From an uncultured Eubacteriales bacterium (GTDB taxonomy: Bacteria > Bacillota_I > Bacilli_A > RFN20 > CAG-826), in NCBI GenBank assembly GCA_963652335.1, contig CAVJSS010000003.1:786-64785 (forward strand): a stretch of 64,000 nucleotides of DNA, written 5' to 3'. Below, one piece after another: positions 8,150 to 17,735 of this stretch. Made by a program: the position numbers and the translations under genes. The stretch's first letter is position 1. Every line of letters starts with the position of its first letter. Below the pieces are notes generated by a model. It was given only the letters and a program-made list of their open reading frames with translations, did no database searches and was not told the DNA's origin.

Positions 8150-10846
8150 ATGCGTCGTAAAATCGGATATATCTTATTCTCAAGCGCCATCCTTTTAGGG
8201 GTCGGCGCCTTATTGGGGCCAACTATCTTGAACCTCAATCCGGATATCTCTTACGGATCCGGCAAGGATTTGGTCTTCAAGATCTCGGAAGCGGGATCGA
8301 CATACAAAGGCGTCACGGCTGACAAATACGTGAATGACGATGGAACCGCCGTCGATTTGGTCGGCGAGGAATTCGAAGCCCGCTTGGAAGAATGGGGGAC
8401 CGAAGCCGAAGTCATCAAAGAAGCCCCGGACACCATCCGCGTCAGGGTCCGCTCCCAAAAAGAAGAGGTAGAATATACCTATCTTCAGAATTATCTTTCT
8501 TTCTCTGGCGGATCCCTTTCCGTCGGAGCTTCCCTCGATACCCACGAAGATTACGACTACAAAGACAGTTTCACCACGATGTTCGATGACCAAACGGCCC
8601 GTTTGGAATACGTCACCGTCACCAATGGCGAGGTCCCAGCGGTGGTCATCCCCGTCAATGAGACCGGAGACACGGGAGACTTTGGGAACCTCATCAAATT
8701 CTGCCAAAACAACAACCATTCCGCGGACTCCGACAAAGAAGAGGAAGAATCCATCTGCTATCTGACCGTTTGGTCTCATAAACAAGAAGGCGATACCTAT
8801 GCCAAAGCGACCGCGACCGGCGATGATGGCGATGCCAACATGGCCCGCCGTTTGATCTTTGCGGAAGATGCCAATTACGCTTGGTACGATACCGATGACG
8901 AGGATAAGAAATATACCGAATTCCAACTCATCCCTTCTTCTTCCGCTTTGACCGAAAACGGATTCGATCCGTCGAAAGCCTCGGAAGCTTATATGGCCGC
9001 CAACTATTTCAAGCTTCTCTTCAATGCCTCAAGCTATGAGGACATCGGAGAAGGATACGATATCACCTATGCTTTCTCGACTGACGTCGAGGCCACGGCC
9101 GAAAAGCTCATCAACATCGGCGATTGGGCCATGCATCCGGCCTTCAACACGACTTTGATCGCCTCCTTGGTGGCCATGGCCTTCTTGATTGCCTTATTGG
9201 TCGCCTATTACCGAATGGGGTCGTTGGCCATCCTCTCCTCGATGGGATTCACCTTGATGGCGGAATTGCTTCTCTATTCGGCGTTCGGTGCCCAATTTGG
9301 GATCGGAACCTTGTTCGGATTGTTGGTCTCGATGTTGGTAAGCGCCTTTGGCGGAATGTATTATTTCTCCAAATTCAAAGAACAGCTCTATCAAGGACGT
9401 TCGACGAAGAAAGCCCATCAAGAGGCTGCGAAACGCAGCTTATTCCCGACTTTGGATCTTTCGATCGTCGGGATAATCATCGGCGTCTGCGTCTATGGAT
9501 TCGTTCCTTCCGTCGCCGGCAAAGCCGGATTGATGCTGGTTTTGGGATCCTTCTTCTCAGCTGTCTATAACCTTATCGTTTTGCGCTTGCATGCCGCCTT
9601 ATTGGCCAATTCCAATTCGGTTGCGGCCAAGCCAAGTTCGATCTATAACGTCGATCCTGCCAATATCCCTAACTTGGCCAATGAAGAAAAGCCTTCTTAT
9701 TTCGGTGCTTTCTCTTCCAAAGACACCACCAAAGCCTTCAAACCGACCGCTATCGTAGCCGGCGTATTGGCTTTGGCCTCAATGGTCGGATTGATCGTTT
9801 TCTCTTCAACCAGCAGCATCTTCAATTATTCGACCCAATATGACAATAACACCGTCTCAGTGGTCGAATACCGCGCCCCTCAGAATTCCTTGCTCATCGT
9901 TTCAAACGAAACCCAATTCCAAGCCCAGATTTTGGACAGTATCACCTTGAATGGCGAAAAACTTCCGACCGATTCGATCAAATTGGAAGAATCGACCATC
10001 TATCTTTCCGACGAAGAAGAAACGATCGACGTCGATTATTACACCATCAACTGGACCAATTATTATCCAGATGACGAAAATTACGAATTCGTGGTCGCGA
10101 TCTCCGGAACCTCGAATACCTATTCGAATCTAAGAGACGCCTTGACCGCCGCGGTCGATGGCGTTTTGCCAAGCGAAGACACGCACGTCACGGTTTCCAA
10201 TACCGTTGGCATCGGCGGAACGCCTTCAGTTGGTGCGGTTTGGCTTGGAGTCGGAGTCGGATTGGCTATCACGGCCGTTTACCTCTCCTTCCGCTACAAA
10301 TTCTCCCGCGGCTTCACTTTGACCGTTTTGGCCGCTGGCGCAGCCTTATTGACCAGCGGGTTCTATGCCTTGACCAGAATCACCGTCCCAGCTATATCGG
10401 CTTTGGCCCCGATGGGGGTTGCGGTATTCGCCGTGGCTATCGGGTTGTTCATCCTGTCCAAAGAAAAAGAGCTTTATCGCGATTCGAGGGAAAAAGACAA
10501 AGACAACATCGAATTCCGTTCGATGTGCCTAAAATCGGCTACCAGCCAATCTTTGGAGCAGATCATCATGTTGGCGTTCCTAGGAATCGGCGCTCCGCTT
10601 ATCTATCTTGGATTAAGCGTCGAATCCTGGGCTTATCTCCATTTGGCTACATTGGTTGGAATCGTCTTTGCGACCATCATGGTCATCGCTTTGCTCTCTT
10701 CGACTTCGATCTATCTTTCCAAGGGACTCAAGGCTTTGCGTCTCTCCCTTAAGCCGATCAAAAAGGAAACGAACAAGGACCAAGGTTCCAACAAAAAGAA
10801 AGGATCCGAACCGGAAGAAGCCACTTTCATTGGCATCAACGACTAA
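8150..10846 (+). CDS. secDF: fused protein-export membrane protein SecDF with enlarged extracytoplasmic domain
   Basis: Start chosen at ATG 8150 (MRRKIGYILFSS...), 11 nt after the SD AGGAGG (8133-8138). There are two six-helix RND-like TM bundles separated by large soluble loops. It sits between ruvB and recJ, as in B. subtilis. Confidence 0.85.
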   Translation: MRRKIGYILFSSAILLGVGALLGPTILNLNPDISYGSGKDLVFKISEAGSTYKGVTADKYVNDDGTAVDLVGEEFEARLEEWGTEAEVIKEAPDTIRVRVRSQKEEVEYTYLQNYLSFSGGSLSVGASLDTHEDYDYKDSFTTMFDDQTARLEYVTVTNGEVPAVVIPVNETGDTGDFGNLIKFCQNNNHSADSDKEEEESICYLTVWSHKQEGDTYAKATATGDDGDANMARRLIFAEDANYAWYDTDDEDKKYTEFQLIPSSSALTENGFDPSKASEAYMAANYFKLLFNASSYEDIGEGYDITYAFSTDVEATAEKLINIGDWAMHPAFNTTLIASLVAMAFLIALLVAYYRMGSLAILSSMGFTLMAELLLYSAFGAQFGIGTLFGLLVSMLVSAFGGMYYFSKFKEQLYQGRSTKKAHQEAAKRSLFPTLDLSIVGIIIGVCVYGFVPSVAGKAGLMLVLGSFFSAVYNLIVLRLHAALLANSNSVAAKPSSIYNVDPANIPNLANEEKPSYFGAFSSKDTTKAFKPTAIVAGVLALASMVGLIVFSSTSSIFNYSTQYDNNTVSVVEYRAPQNSLLIVSNETQFQAQILDSITLNGEKLPTDSIKLEESTIYLSDEEETIDVDYYTINWTNYYPDDENYEFVVAISGTSNTYSNLRDALTAAVDGVLPSEDTHVTVSNTVGIGGTPSVGAVWLGVGVGLAITAVYLSFRYKFSRGFTLTVLAAGAALLTSGFYALTRITVPAISALAPMGVAVFAVAIGLFILSKEKELYRDSREKDKDNIEFRSMCLKSATSQSLEQIIMLAFLGIGAPLIYLGLSVESWAYLHLATLVGIVFATIMVIALLSSTSIYLSKGLKALRLSLKPIKKETNKDQGSNKKKGSEPEEATFIGIND

Positions 10847-12393
10847 TGGATTTCTTTCACAAATTATTAAATTTCTTTCACCTTGACGAAGAAGGGTACG
10901 CCGAATTTTCGGCGCCCTTTTCTTTTTCTAAGATCCCCTCCATTTCTTCCTTTGGTTGCGTTAAGAAAGCCATAAAGCGCTTAGAGAAAGCCAAAGAAGG
11001 AAACGAGAACGTCTTAATCTATGGCGATTACGATTGCGATGGGGTGATGGCAGCCTCGATAATGAAAATAGCCTTGAAAGAATTCGGAATCGAGGCAAAA
11101 GCCTATCTCCCTTCAAGATATCTGGACGGATATGGGCTAATTAAAGAAAACGTCAAGAAAATCATCAAATCCTATTCTTTGATCATAACGGTCGACAATG
11201 GGGTTACGGCCAATGAGGCAATCGATGTCGCTTATGAGAATAACGTCGATGTCATCGTTCTCGATCACCATTCTTATGATAAGGAACCGGATCATGTCGT
11301 CTCTTTGATCCACCCGATGACAGTTGGCTTGTCATCCCCTTCTATCTCCGCCGGATTCCTCTCTTATCTTTTTTCCGTCTCGTTGCTTCAAAGACATGAT
11401 TCCTATTTGGAGACTTTGGGCGCGACTTCTTTGATATCGGATGCGATGGAGATAGTTTCCTATAACCGCAACGCGGTGGGCTTGGCTTTGAAGATAATGG
11501 AAGAAGATGGCAATATCGCCTTTTCTCGGCTTTCGAAGAACAATCGGCTGACCTTGGAATCCCTTTCGATGCAAATAATTCCGACCATCAATTCCATAGG
11601 CCGGATGAACCTAGGGAGCAAAATAAACCGTTTGATTAAATATTTCACCGATCCGAACGGAGATGATGCCTTTTTGATCGCCGACTGGATGTCGGACGTA
11701 AACAAGCAAAGGAAGGATCTTGTGAGCAAAACGGCTTCTTCCCTTGTTTTCGAGGATTCTTCCCCTTCCATCCTTTTTAAATCCAATCTGCCGGAAGGCA
11801 TCAACGGCCTTTTGGCCAACAAGATATTGGACAAAGCCAAAAAACCGGTTGGGGTCTATTCCCCTTCCGAAAGGACGAAAGGGGTTTTGGTTGGTTCTCT
11901 AAGAAGCAAAGAAGGCTGCCCATTGACCGATTTCATGAATGAGATGAAGCCTATTCTTCTAACCGGTGGCGGGCACGCTTATGCATCCGGTTTCTCTTTG
12001 AAGGAAGAAGATTTCAACACCTTCAAAGATTCTTTCCTAATCTATTGCCTTTCCAATCCATTCAAAGAAGAAAAGAAAGAAACCATCGAACTTTCTTTAG
12101 ATGAAATCAACCAAGACAATTACCTGATCCTCAAGTCTTTCGGACCTTTCGGGCAAGGCCATAAGGCCCCGTTGTTCTCTCTTAGGTTTGAGGCAGATAG
12201 GCTGTTTTTCTCTCCGGATGGGAAAAGACTTCAGACTTATATCGCCCCAAACGTTAGGATATTCTCCTTCAAATATCCAAAGGAAAGCGTCCCTTCAAGC
12301 GGGGAATTGATCCTTGTCTTTGAGATGAACGAGAACGAATTCAAAGGCAGGAAGACGATTTCGGCCGATGTAAGTGATATCATCGTCGCTTAA
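10846..12393 (+). CDS. recJ: DHH/DHHA1 single-stranded-DNA exonuclease RecJ-like
   Basis: DHH motifs (YGDYDCDGV, TVDNG, VLDHH) and DHHA1 GGGHAYASG. The TAATG overlaps the secDF stop. Synteny is secDF-recJ-relA. Confidence 0.85.
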   Translation: MDFFHKLLNFFHLDEEGYAEFSAPFSFSKIPSISSFGCVKKAIKRLEKAKEGNENVLIYGDYDCDGVMAASIMKIALKEFGIEAKAYLPSRYLDGYGLIKENVKKIIKSYSLIITVDNGVTANEAIDVAYENNVDVIVLDHHSYDKEPDHVVSLIHPMTVGLSSPSISAGFLSYLFSVSLLQRHDSYLETLGATSLISDAMEIVSYNRNAVGLALKIMEEDGNIAFSRLSKNNRLTLESLSMQIIPTINSIGRMNLGSKINRLIKYFTDPNGDDAFLIADWMSDVNKQRKDLVSKTASSLVFEDSSPSILFKSNLPEGINGLLANKILDKAKKPVGVYSPSERTKGVLVGSLRSKEGCPLTDFMNEMKPILLTGGGHAYASGFSLKEEDFNTFKDSFLIYCLSNPFKEEKKETIELSLDEINQDNYLILKSFGPFGQGHKAPLFSLRFEADRLFFSPDGKRLQTYIAPNVRIFSFKYPKESVPSSGELILVFEMNENEFKGRKTISADVSDIIVA

Positions 12394-12422
12394 ATAGTTG
12401 GCTTTGTTCATGCGTGCAGGCG

Positions 12423-12428
12423 TATAAT
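12423..12428 (+). promoter_or_regulatory. -10 box positioned for leaderless relA mRNA
   Basis: TATAAT (12423-12428), 6 nt (TGACGC), then ATG at 12435. No SD. Only a weak -35 (TTGGCT, 19-nt spacer). Confidence 0.45.
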
Positions 12429-12434
12429 TGACGC

Positions 12435-14648
12435 ATGGGCGAGAACGCGAACAAAGAAACATCGATCCTTAACGGCGGCTATCAGATGCATACTTATTTG
12501 GATGTCGAAGCCGTTTTTTCGCTATATATCAACGATCCGAAGAACAAAAAACTGATCAAAGACGCTTACGAATTGGCCGCCGAGAAGCACAAAGGACAAT
12601 ATCGGAAATCCGGAGAGGCCTATATCCAGCACCCGATCGAAGTTGCCTATATTTTGGCTTCTTTGCAAGCCGGTCCCGCCACCATCGCGGCCGGTTTCCT
12701 CCACGACGTAGTCGAAGACACGGACGAAACAATCGACGAAATCAAAGAGAAATTTGGCGAAGAAGTCGCATTTTTGGTCGATTCTTTGACCAAAATCCAA
12801 CGAATGAAGCTATCGCATCGAACCGAAGCCGATTTCGAAGCGGAAGACCATAAGAAGATCTTTTTGGGGATGGCAAAGGACGTTCGCGTCATCATCATCA
12901 AATTGGCGGATAGGCTTCATAACATGCGGACCCTTTCCTCTTTGAAACCCGATCGGCAAAAAGCCTTGGCCAAAGAGACTTTGGAAGTTTTTGCCCCTAT
13001 CGCCCATCGATTGGGGATGTATGCCATCCAATCCGAATTGGAAGAGCTTAGCCTAAAATACCTCGAACCAGAAAAATACGAGATGATATCGAAGCTGTTA
13101 TCCGAATCCAGCGAGAATTGCAAAGAATCGTTGGACGCTTTGAAAAAAAGGATCGCCGATATCCTATTCCAAAGAAAGATACCATTCAGGATCGAATCCA
13201 GGGTCAAATCGATTTATTCGATATACCGCAAAATGTATACAAAAGGAAAGAAATTCGAGGAAATATACGACATCTTGGCAGTCAGGGTCATCACCGAAAC
13301 GGTCCTTAATTGCTATGAGATATTGGGAATAATCCATGCGATTTACAAGCCTGTTCCGGGACGTTTCAAAGACTATATCGCCATGCCTAAGCCAAACATG
13401 TACCAGTCTTTGCATACGACCATCCTCGCAGGGGACGGAAATGTCTATGAGATCCAAATAAGGACCGAAGAGATGGACAAGATATCCGAAACCGGAGTCG
13501 CCGCCCATTGGAAATACAAAGAAGGCGGATACAACGCCAAAGAAGAGCAAAAAGACATCGAAGAAAAGCTCCATTGGTTCAGGGACTTGGTCTCGACTGG
13601 GGAAGAAACCAACGACGCCAAATCCTATATGAACGCCTTATCCAACGACGTTTTCAACGCCAACGTCTACGTTTTCACCCCATTGGGAAAAGTGATAGAC
13701 CTTCCCCAAGGCGGAACGATTTTGGACTTTGCCTACAAAATCCATACCAAAATCGGCGATTCGGCGACGGGGGCGATCGTAAACGGCAATTTCGTGCCGC
13801 TTAATCATCAGTTGAAAACAGGCGATGTCTGCGAGATAAAAACCTCAAAGACATCGTCCGGTCCCAACGCCTCCTGGCTCGATTACGTGGTCACCAATTC
13901 GGCCAAATCCCATATCAAGCGTTACCTAAATGCCAAAATGGATCAAATCAACGCCGCGGAATTATCCAAAAAAGGCAAAGAAGCGATGTTAGAGGCCGCC
14001 AAATCCTGTGGCATAGAAGAAGGCGAATTGGAAGAGGCTTTGACCAAAAAAGCTTTGCCAGAATACCATTTTGATAGCCTCGAATCGTTATATAAGGCCA
14101 TAAACGCCAAAAACCCAACCCCATCGGCAGTCCTTGGCTTATTGGGATACAAAAGGAAACCGACTTTGCCAAAAGCCATCAAGCAAGGGCCGAAAAAAGA
14201 TGACAAAAACCCGGTTTACGTGCACGGTATCGACAATTTGGCCATCACTTTGGGCAAATGCTGCTCCCCATTGCCAGGGGATAAGATAGTCGGATACATA
14301 ACCAAAGGGAAAGGATTGACCGTCCATCGCCCGGAATGCCATAACATAATCGGGCAGGAAAACAGATGCGTTGAGGTCTATTGGAAAGAAGACTTAGGAG
14401 GGCAAACCTTCCCAGCCCAAATCCAAATCCAAGCCATCGATCGGCCATCCCTTATCGCCGACGTCCTTATGGTCATGTCTTCCAAAGGCGTGCCGGTAAA
14501 GGACGTGAGAGGAAAGCTCATAAACAACACCAACACCGCCGACATATCGGTAACGGTATTCGTCAAAAACGCAGCCGCGATCGATGAATTGTTCGGAGCG
14601 ATAACCACGATCGCCGGAGTCTGCAAAATATCAAGAATCAACCATTAG
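12435..14648 (+). CDS. relA: bifunctional (p)ppGpp synthetase/hydrolase Rel
   Basis: HD hydrolase domain (HPIEVA...HDVVEDT), synthetase domain (YKPVPGRFKDYIAMPKPNMYQSLHT), and TGS and ACT domains. An alternative internal start exists at 12483 (MHTYLD). Confidence 0.95.
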   Translation: MGENANKETSILNGGYQMHTYLDVEAVFSLYINDPKNKKLIKDAYELAAEKHKGQYRKSGEAYIQHPIEVAYILASLQAGPATIAAGFLHDVVEDTDETIDEIKEKFGEEVAFLVDSLTKIQRMKLSHRTEADFEAEDHKKIFLGMAKDVRVIIIKLADRLHNMRTLSSLKPDRQKALAKETLEVFAPIAHRLGMYAIQSELEELSLKYLEPEKYEMISKLLSESSENCKESLDALKKRIADILFQRKIPFRIESRVKSIYSIYRKMYTKGKKFEEIYDILAVRVITETVLNCYEILGIIHAIYKPVPGRFKDYIAMPKPNMYQSLHTTILAGDGNVYEIQIRTEEMDKISETGVAAHWKYKEGGYNAKEEQKDIEEKLHWFRDLVSTGEETNDAKSYMNALSNDVFNANVYVFTPLGKVIDLPQGGTILDFAYKIHTKIGDSATGAIVNGNFVPLNHQLKTGDVCEIKTSKTSSGPNASWLDYVVTNSAKSHIKRYLNAKMDQINAAELSKKGKEAMLEAAKSCGIEEGELEEALTKKALPEYHFDSLESLYKAINAKNPTPSAVLGLLGYKRKPTLPKAIKQGPKKDDKNPVYVHGIDNLAITLGKCCSPLPGDKIVGYITKGKGLTVHRPECHNIIGQENRCVEVYWKEDLGGQTFPAQIQIQAIDRPSLIADVLMVMSSKGVPVKDVRGKLINNTNTADISVTVFVKNAAAIDELFGAITTIAGVCKISRINH

Positions 14649-14658
14649 GAGGAATGTT

Positions 14659-15975
14659 ATGAACCCATCGCCAGTCAAAGGAACCCACGATTTGTACGCT
14701 TTGGACGCCTCAAAGAACAGGTATGTGAGGGAAATATTCAAAAGCTTAGCCAATTTATATGACTTTCACGAACTCAATCTGCCGATTTTGGAATACACCG
14801 AGGTCTTCCAAAGGGGGACCGGGGAATCCTCCGATATCGTAAGGAAGGAAATGTATACTTTCTTGGACAAGGGAAACAGATCAGTTACCCTCCGCCCGGA
14901 ATTCACCGCCGGAGTAATGCGTTCCATCGTCAGCAACAAACTATATGCGACCGAGGATCTTCCGATCAAGATATTCTATGAAGGGCCGGCCTTCCGTTAC
15001 GAAAGGCCGCAGCTTGGGAGATATCGCCAATTCACCCAATTCGGGGTCGAATCCATTGGGATAGACACCGCCGAAGCCGATGCCGAAGCAATCGTTTTGG
15101 CGGCTCAATCCTTCAATATGCTGGGATTCGATAACATCTCGATCAAAATAAACACCTTGGGCGACGAGGAATCAAGGAACGCTTATAGGGAGGCTTTGAA
15201 GGAATATTTTTCGAAGCACATCGATGAAATGTGCCCTGATTGCCATGAAAGGATCAATCTGAATCCATTGCGCATGTTGGATTGCAAAGTCGAACGCGAC
15301 CAAGAAATCGCCAAAGGGGCGCCCAAAATCAAAGATTACCTTTCCATTGAGAGCGAAGAACGTTTCCATAAGACCTTGAGTATCCTCGCAAATTTGGAGA
15401 TCGATTACGAAGTCGATGACAATTTGGTCAGAGGATTGGATTATTATTCGGAAGTCGTGTTCGAAATCCACGTCCAAAGCGAATCCGGACAGGATTATGG
15501 CGCTTTATGCGGCGGTGGGCATTACAACAATCTGATGAAACAATTCGGTGGGCCGGATATGGCAGGCGTCGGATTCGCGATAGGAGTCGAAAGAATCGTC
15601 GCTTTGATGGAAGAAATGGACCTTTTCCCGGATTTGGACGAAGGAATCGACATTTATGTGATGCCGGTTGGCGAAGAGATGATCGATGACGCGTTTATGG
15701 TGGCGACTTGGCTTAGATTAAACGGCTTTAAGACCGAGACGGCGCTGACGCCATTGAAATTGGGATCGATGTTCAAAAAGGCGGCCAAAAGAAACGCCAA
15801 ATACGCCGTCATCATCGGCCAAGACGAATACGAAAGAGGCGTTTGTCAATTGAAAGATCTTTCCAAAGCCGAACAAAAAGAAGTGAATCTCGACGATCTC
15901 GTCGATGAGATCGATGCCCTTTTCGAAGAAAGCGTCGGAGAAGAATCAGAAAGAGAAGGGGAAGAAAAATGCTAA
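14659..15975 (+). CDS. hisS: histidyl-tRNA synthetase
   Basis: Class II motifs (LRPEFTA, FRYERPQ.GRYRQF, GGGHYNNL), an anticodon-binding domain, and an SD (AGGAGG) upstream. Confidence 0.96.
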   Translation: MNPSPVKGTHDLYALDASKNRYVREIFKSLANLYDFHELNLPILEYTEVFQRGTGESSDIVRKEMYTFLDKGNRSVTLRPEFTAGVMRSIVSNKLYATEDLPIKIFYEGPAFRYERPQLGRYRQFTQFGVESIGIDTAEADAEAIVLAAQSFNMLGFDNISIKINTLGDEESRNAYREALKEYFSKHIDEMCPDCHERINLNPLRMLDCKVERDQEIAKGAPKIKDYLSIESEERFHKTLSILANLEIDYEVDDNLVRGLDYYSEVVFEIHVQSESGQDYGALCGGGHYNNLMKQFGGPDMAGVGFAIGVERIVALMEEMDLFPDLDEGIDIYVMPVGEEMIDDAFMVATWLRLNGFKTETALTPLKLGSMFKKAAKRNAKYAVIIGQDEYERGVCQLKDLSKAEQKEVNLDDLVDEIDALFEESVGEESEREGEEKC

Positions 15976-17708
15976 GAACCATAAATAACGGCGAATTGCG
16001 TTTAGCTAACGTCGGAGAAGAAGTCGAATTGGTCGGATGGGTCGCCAAAACGCGCAAATTAGGAGGGTTGACCTTCATCGATTTGAGAGACACTACCGGA
16101 ATAATCCAGCTTATCGTCAACGATGATGCGAAAATACCTGACGTCAGAAACGAATATGTCATAAACGTCAAGGGAACGGTCAGAAAGAAAGAAAGCCCAA
16201 ACCCGAAACTCGAAACCGGGGAAGTCGAAGTCAAAGTCAAATCGATCACGGTCATAAACAAGGCCATAACCACTCCGTTCATCATCGCCGATGACACGGA
16301 TGCTTTGGAAGACACCCGCTTGCAGTATCGTTATCTCGATATCCGCCGCCCAATCGTTCAAAAAAGGCTTCGCACCAAAGCCAAAATCATGAAGATAACC
16401 AGGGATTATTTCGACTCTTTGGGCTTTACCGAAATCGAAACCCCGATCTTGAATTTGGCCACTCCGGAGGGGGCTAGGGACTATTTGGTCCCAAGCAGGG
16501 TCAAGAACGGATCCTTCTACGCCTTGCCCCAATCGCCTCAACTCTTCAAACAGCTTTTGATGGTCGGTGGAATCGAACGTTATTACCAAATCGCCCGTTG
16601 TTTCAGAGACGAGGATCTCCGCGCCGATAGACAACCCGAATTCTCGCAGATCGACGTCGAGACTTCCTTCTTAAGCCAAGATGAAATCTTGGAATTGGCC
16701 GAAAAATTACTAAAAAGATACTTCGAAGAAATCCTTGGCGTCGATATCAAGCTCCCATTGAGAAGAATGAAATTCTGGGACGCGATGGATGACTATGGAT
16801 CCGATAAGCCAGACACCCGCTACGATCTTAAGCTTAAGGATGTCACTCCAATCATGAAGAAGACGGTCTTTGAAGGATTCAAAGAGACCCCTTATATCAA
16901 AGCGATCGTCATCCCGAACTACGCCGATAAGGCCAGCAGGAAGGTTTTGGATTCGTTGGTTTCGGAAGCCAAGAAATTCAAAGTCAATGGCTTGGCGGCT
17001 TTCAAATACGTCGGTGGCGAATTGGAATCTTCCTTCCTTAAATTCATGGATAAAGAAACCAAAGAAGAATTGATAGAATCTTTGGGTTTGAAGGAAAACG
17101 ATTATGTTTTGATCGGAGCGCACAAAGAAAGGCGTGCCGTTTGCTTCGCTTTAGGGGCGATTCGAACCAAGATCGCTAAGGAATTGGGCTTGGTCAAAGA
17201 TGGTACCTACGACCTTCTTTGGATCGTCGATTTCCCGATGTTCGATCCGGTGGAAGGGGAGGAAGGCGTCTATAGCGCCGAACATCATCCATTCACCCGC
17301 CCGCGCGATGAGGACTTGCCATTGTTGGATAGCGATCCGGAATCCGTTTTGGCCTACGCTTACGACATCGTCATCAACGGCTATGAGGCCGGCGGAGGGA
17401 CGTTGCGTATCTACGATCATGACATCCAATGGAAGATCTTCCGTCTTTTGGGCCTTTCCGAAGAGGACGTGGCCAAGAAATTCGGCTGGTTCGTCGATGC
17501 GTTCCGCTATGGCGTGCCACCTCATGGAGGGTTTGCCTTGGGATTGGATAGGCTGACCATGATCCTTACCGGAACCGATAACATCAGAGACGTCATCGCC
17601 TTCCCGAAGAATCTGCAAGCCAGCGACCCAATGAGCCACGCTCCGGCAAAGGTTTCCAAAGACCAACTTGATATTTTAGGCATCGAATTAAGGGAAGATC
17701 TGCGTTGA
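15969..17708 (+). CDS. aspS: aspartyl-tRNA synthetase
   Basis: OB-fold N-terminus, FYALPQSPQLFKQLLM, QIARCFRDEDLRADRQPEF, GGGTLRI, and GLDRL; overlaps hisS by 7 nt. Confidence 0.97.
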   Translation: MLRTINNGELRLANVGEEVELVGWVAKTRKLGGLTFIDLRDTTGIIQLIVNDDAKIPDVRNEYVINVKGTVRKKESPNPKLETGEVEVKVKSITVINKAITTPFIIADDTDALEDTRLQYRYLDIRRPIVQKRLRTKAKIMKITRDYFDSLGFTEIETPILNLATPEGARDYLVPSRVKNGSFYALPQSPQLFKQLLMVGGIERYYQIARCFRDEDLRADRQPEFSQIDVETSFLSQDEILELAEKLLKRYFEEILGVDIKLPLRRMKFWDAMDDYGSDKPDTRYDLKLKDVTPIMKKTVFEGFKETPYIKAIVIPNYADKASRKVLDSLVSEAKKFKVNGLAAFKYVGGELESSFLKFMDKETKEELIESLGLKENDYVLIGAHKERRAVCFALGAIRTKIAKELGLVKDGTYDLLWIVDFPMFDPVEGEEGVYSAEHHPFTRPRDEDLPLLDSDPESVLAYAYDIVINGYEAGGGTLRIYDHDIQWKIFRLLGLSEEDVAKKFGWFVDAFRYGVPPHGGFALGLDRLTMILTGTDNIRDVIAFPKNLQASDPMSHAPAKVSKDQLDILGIELREDLR

Positions 17709-17735
17709 TAAAAAAGAACATTTGGAGGTAAAAAT

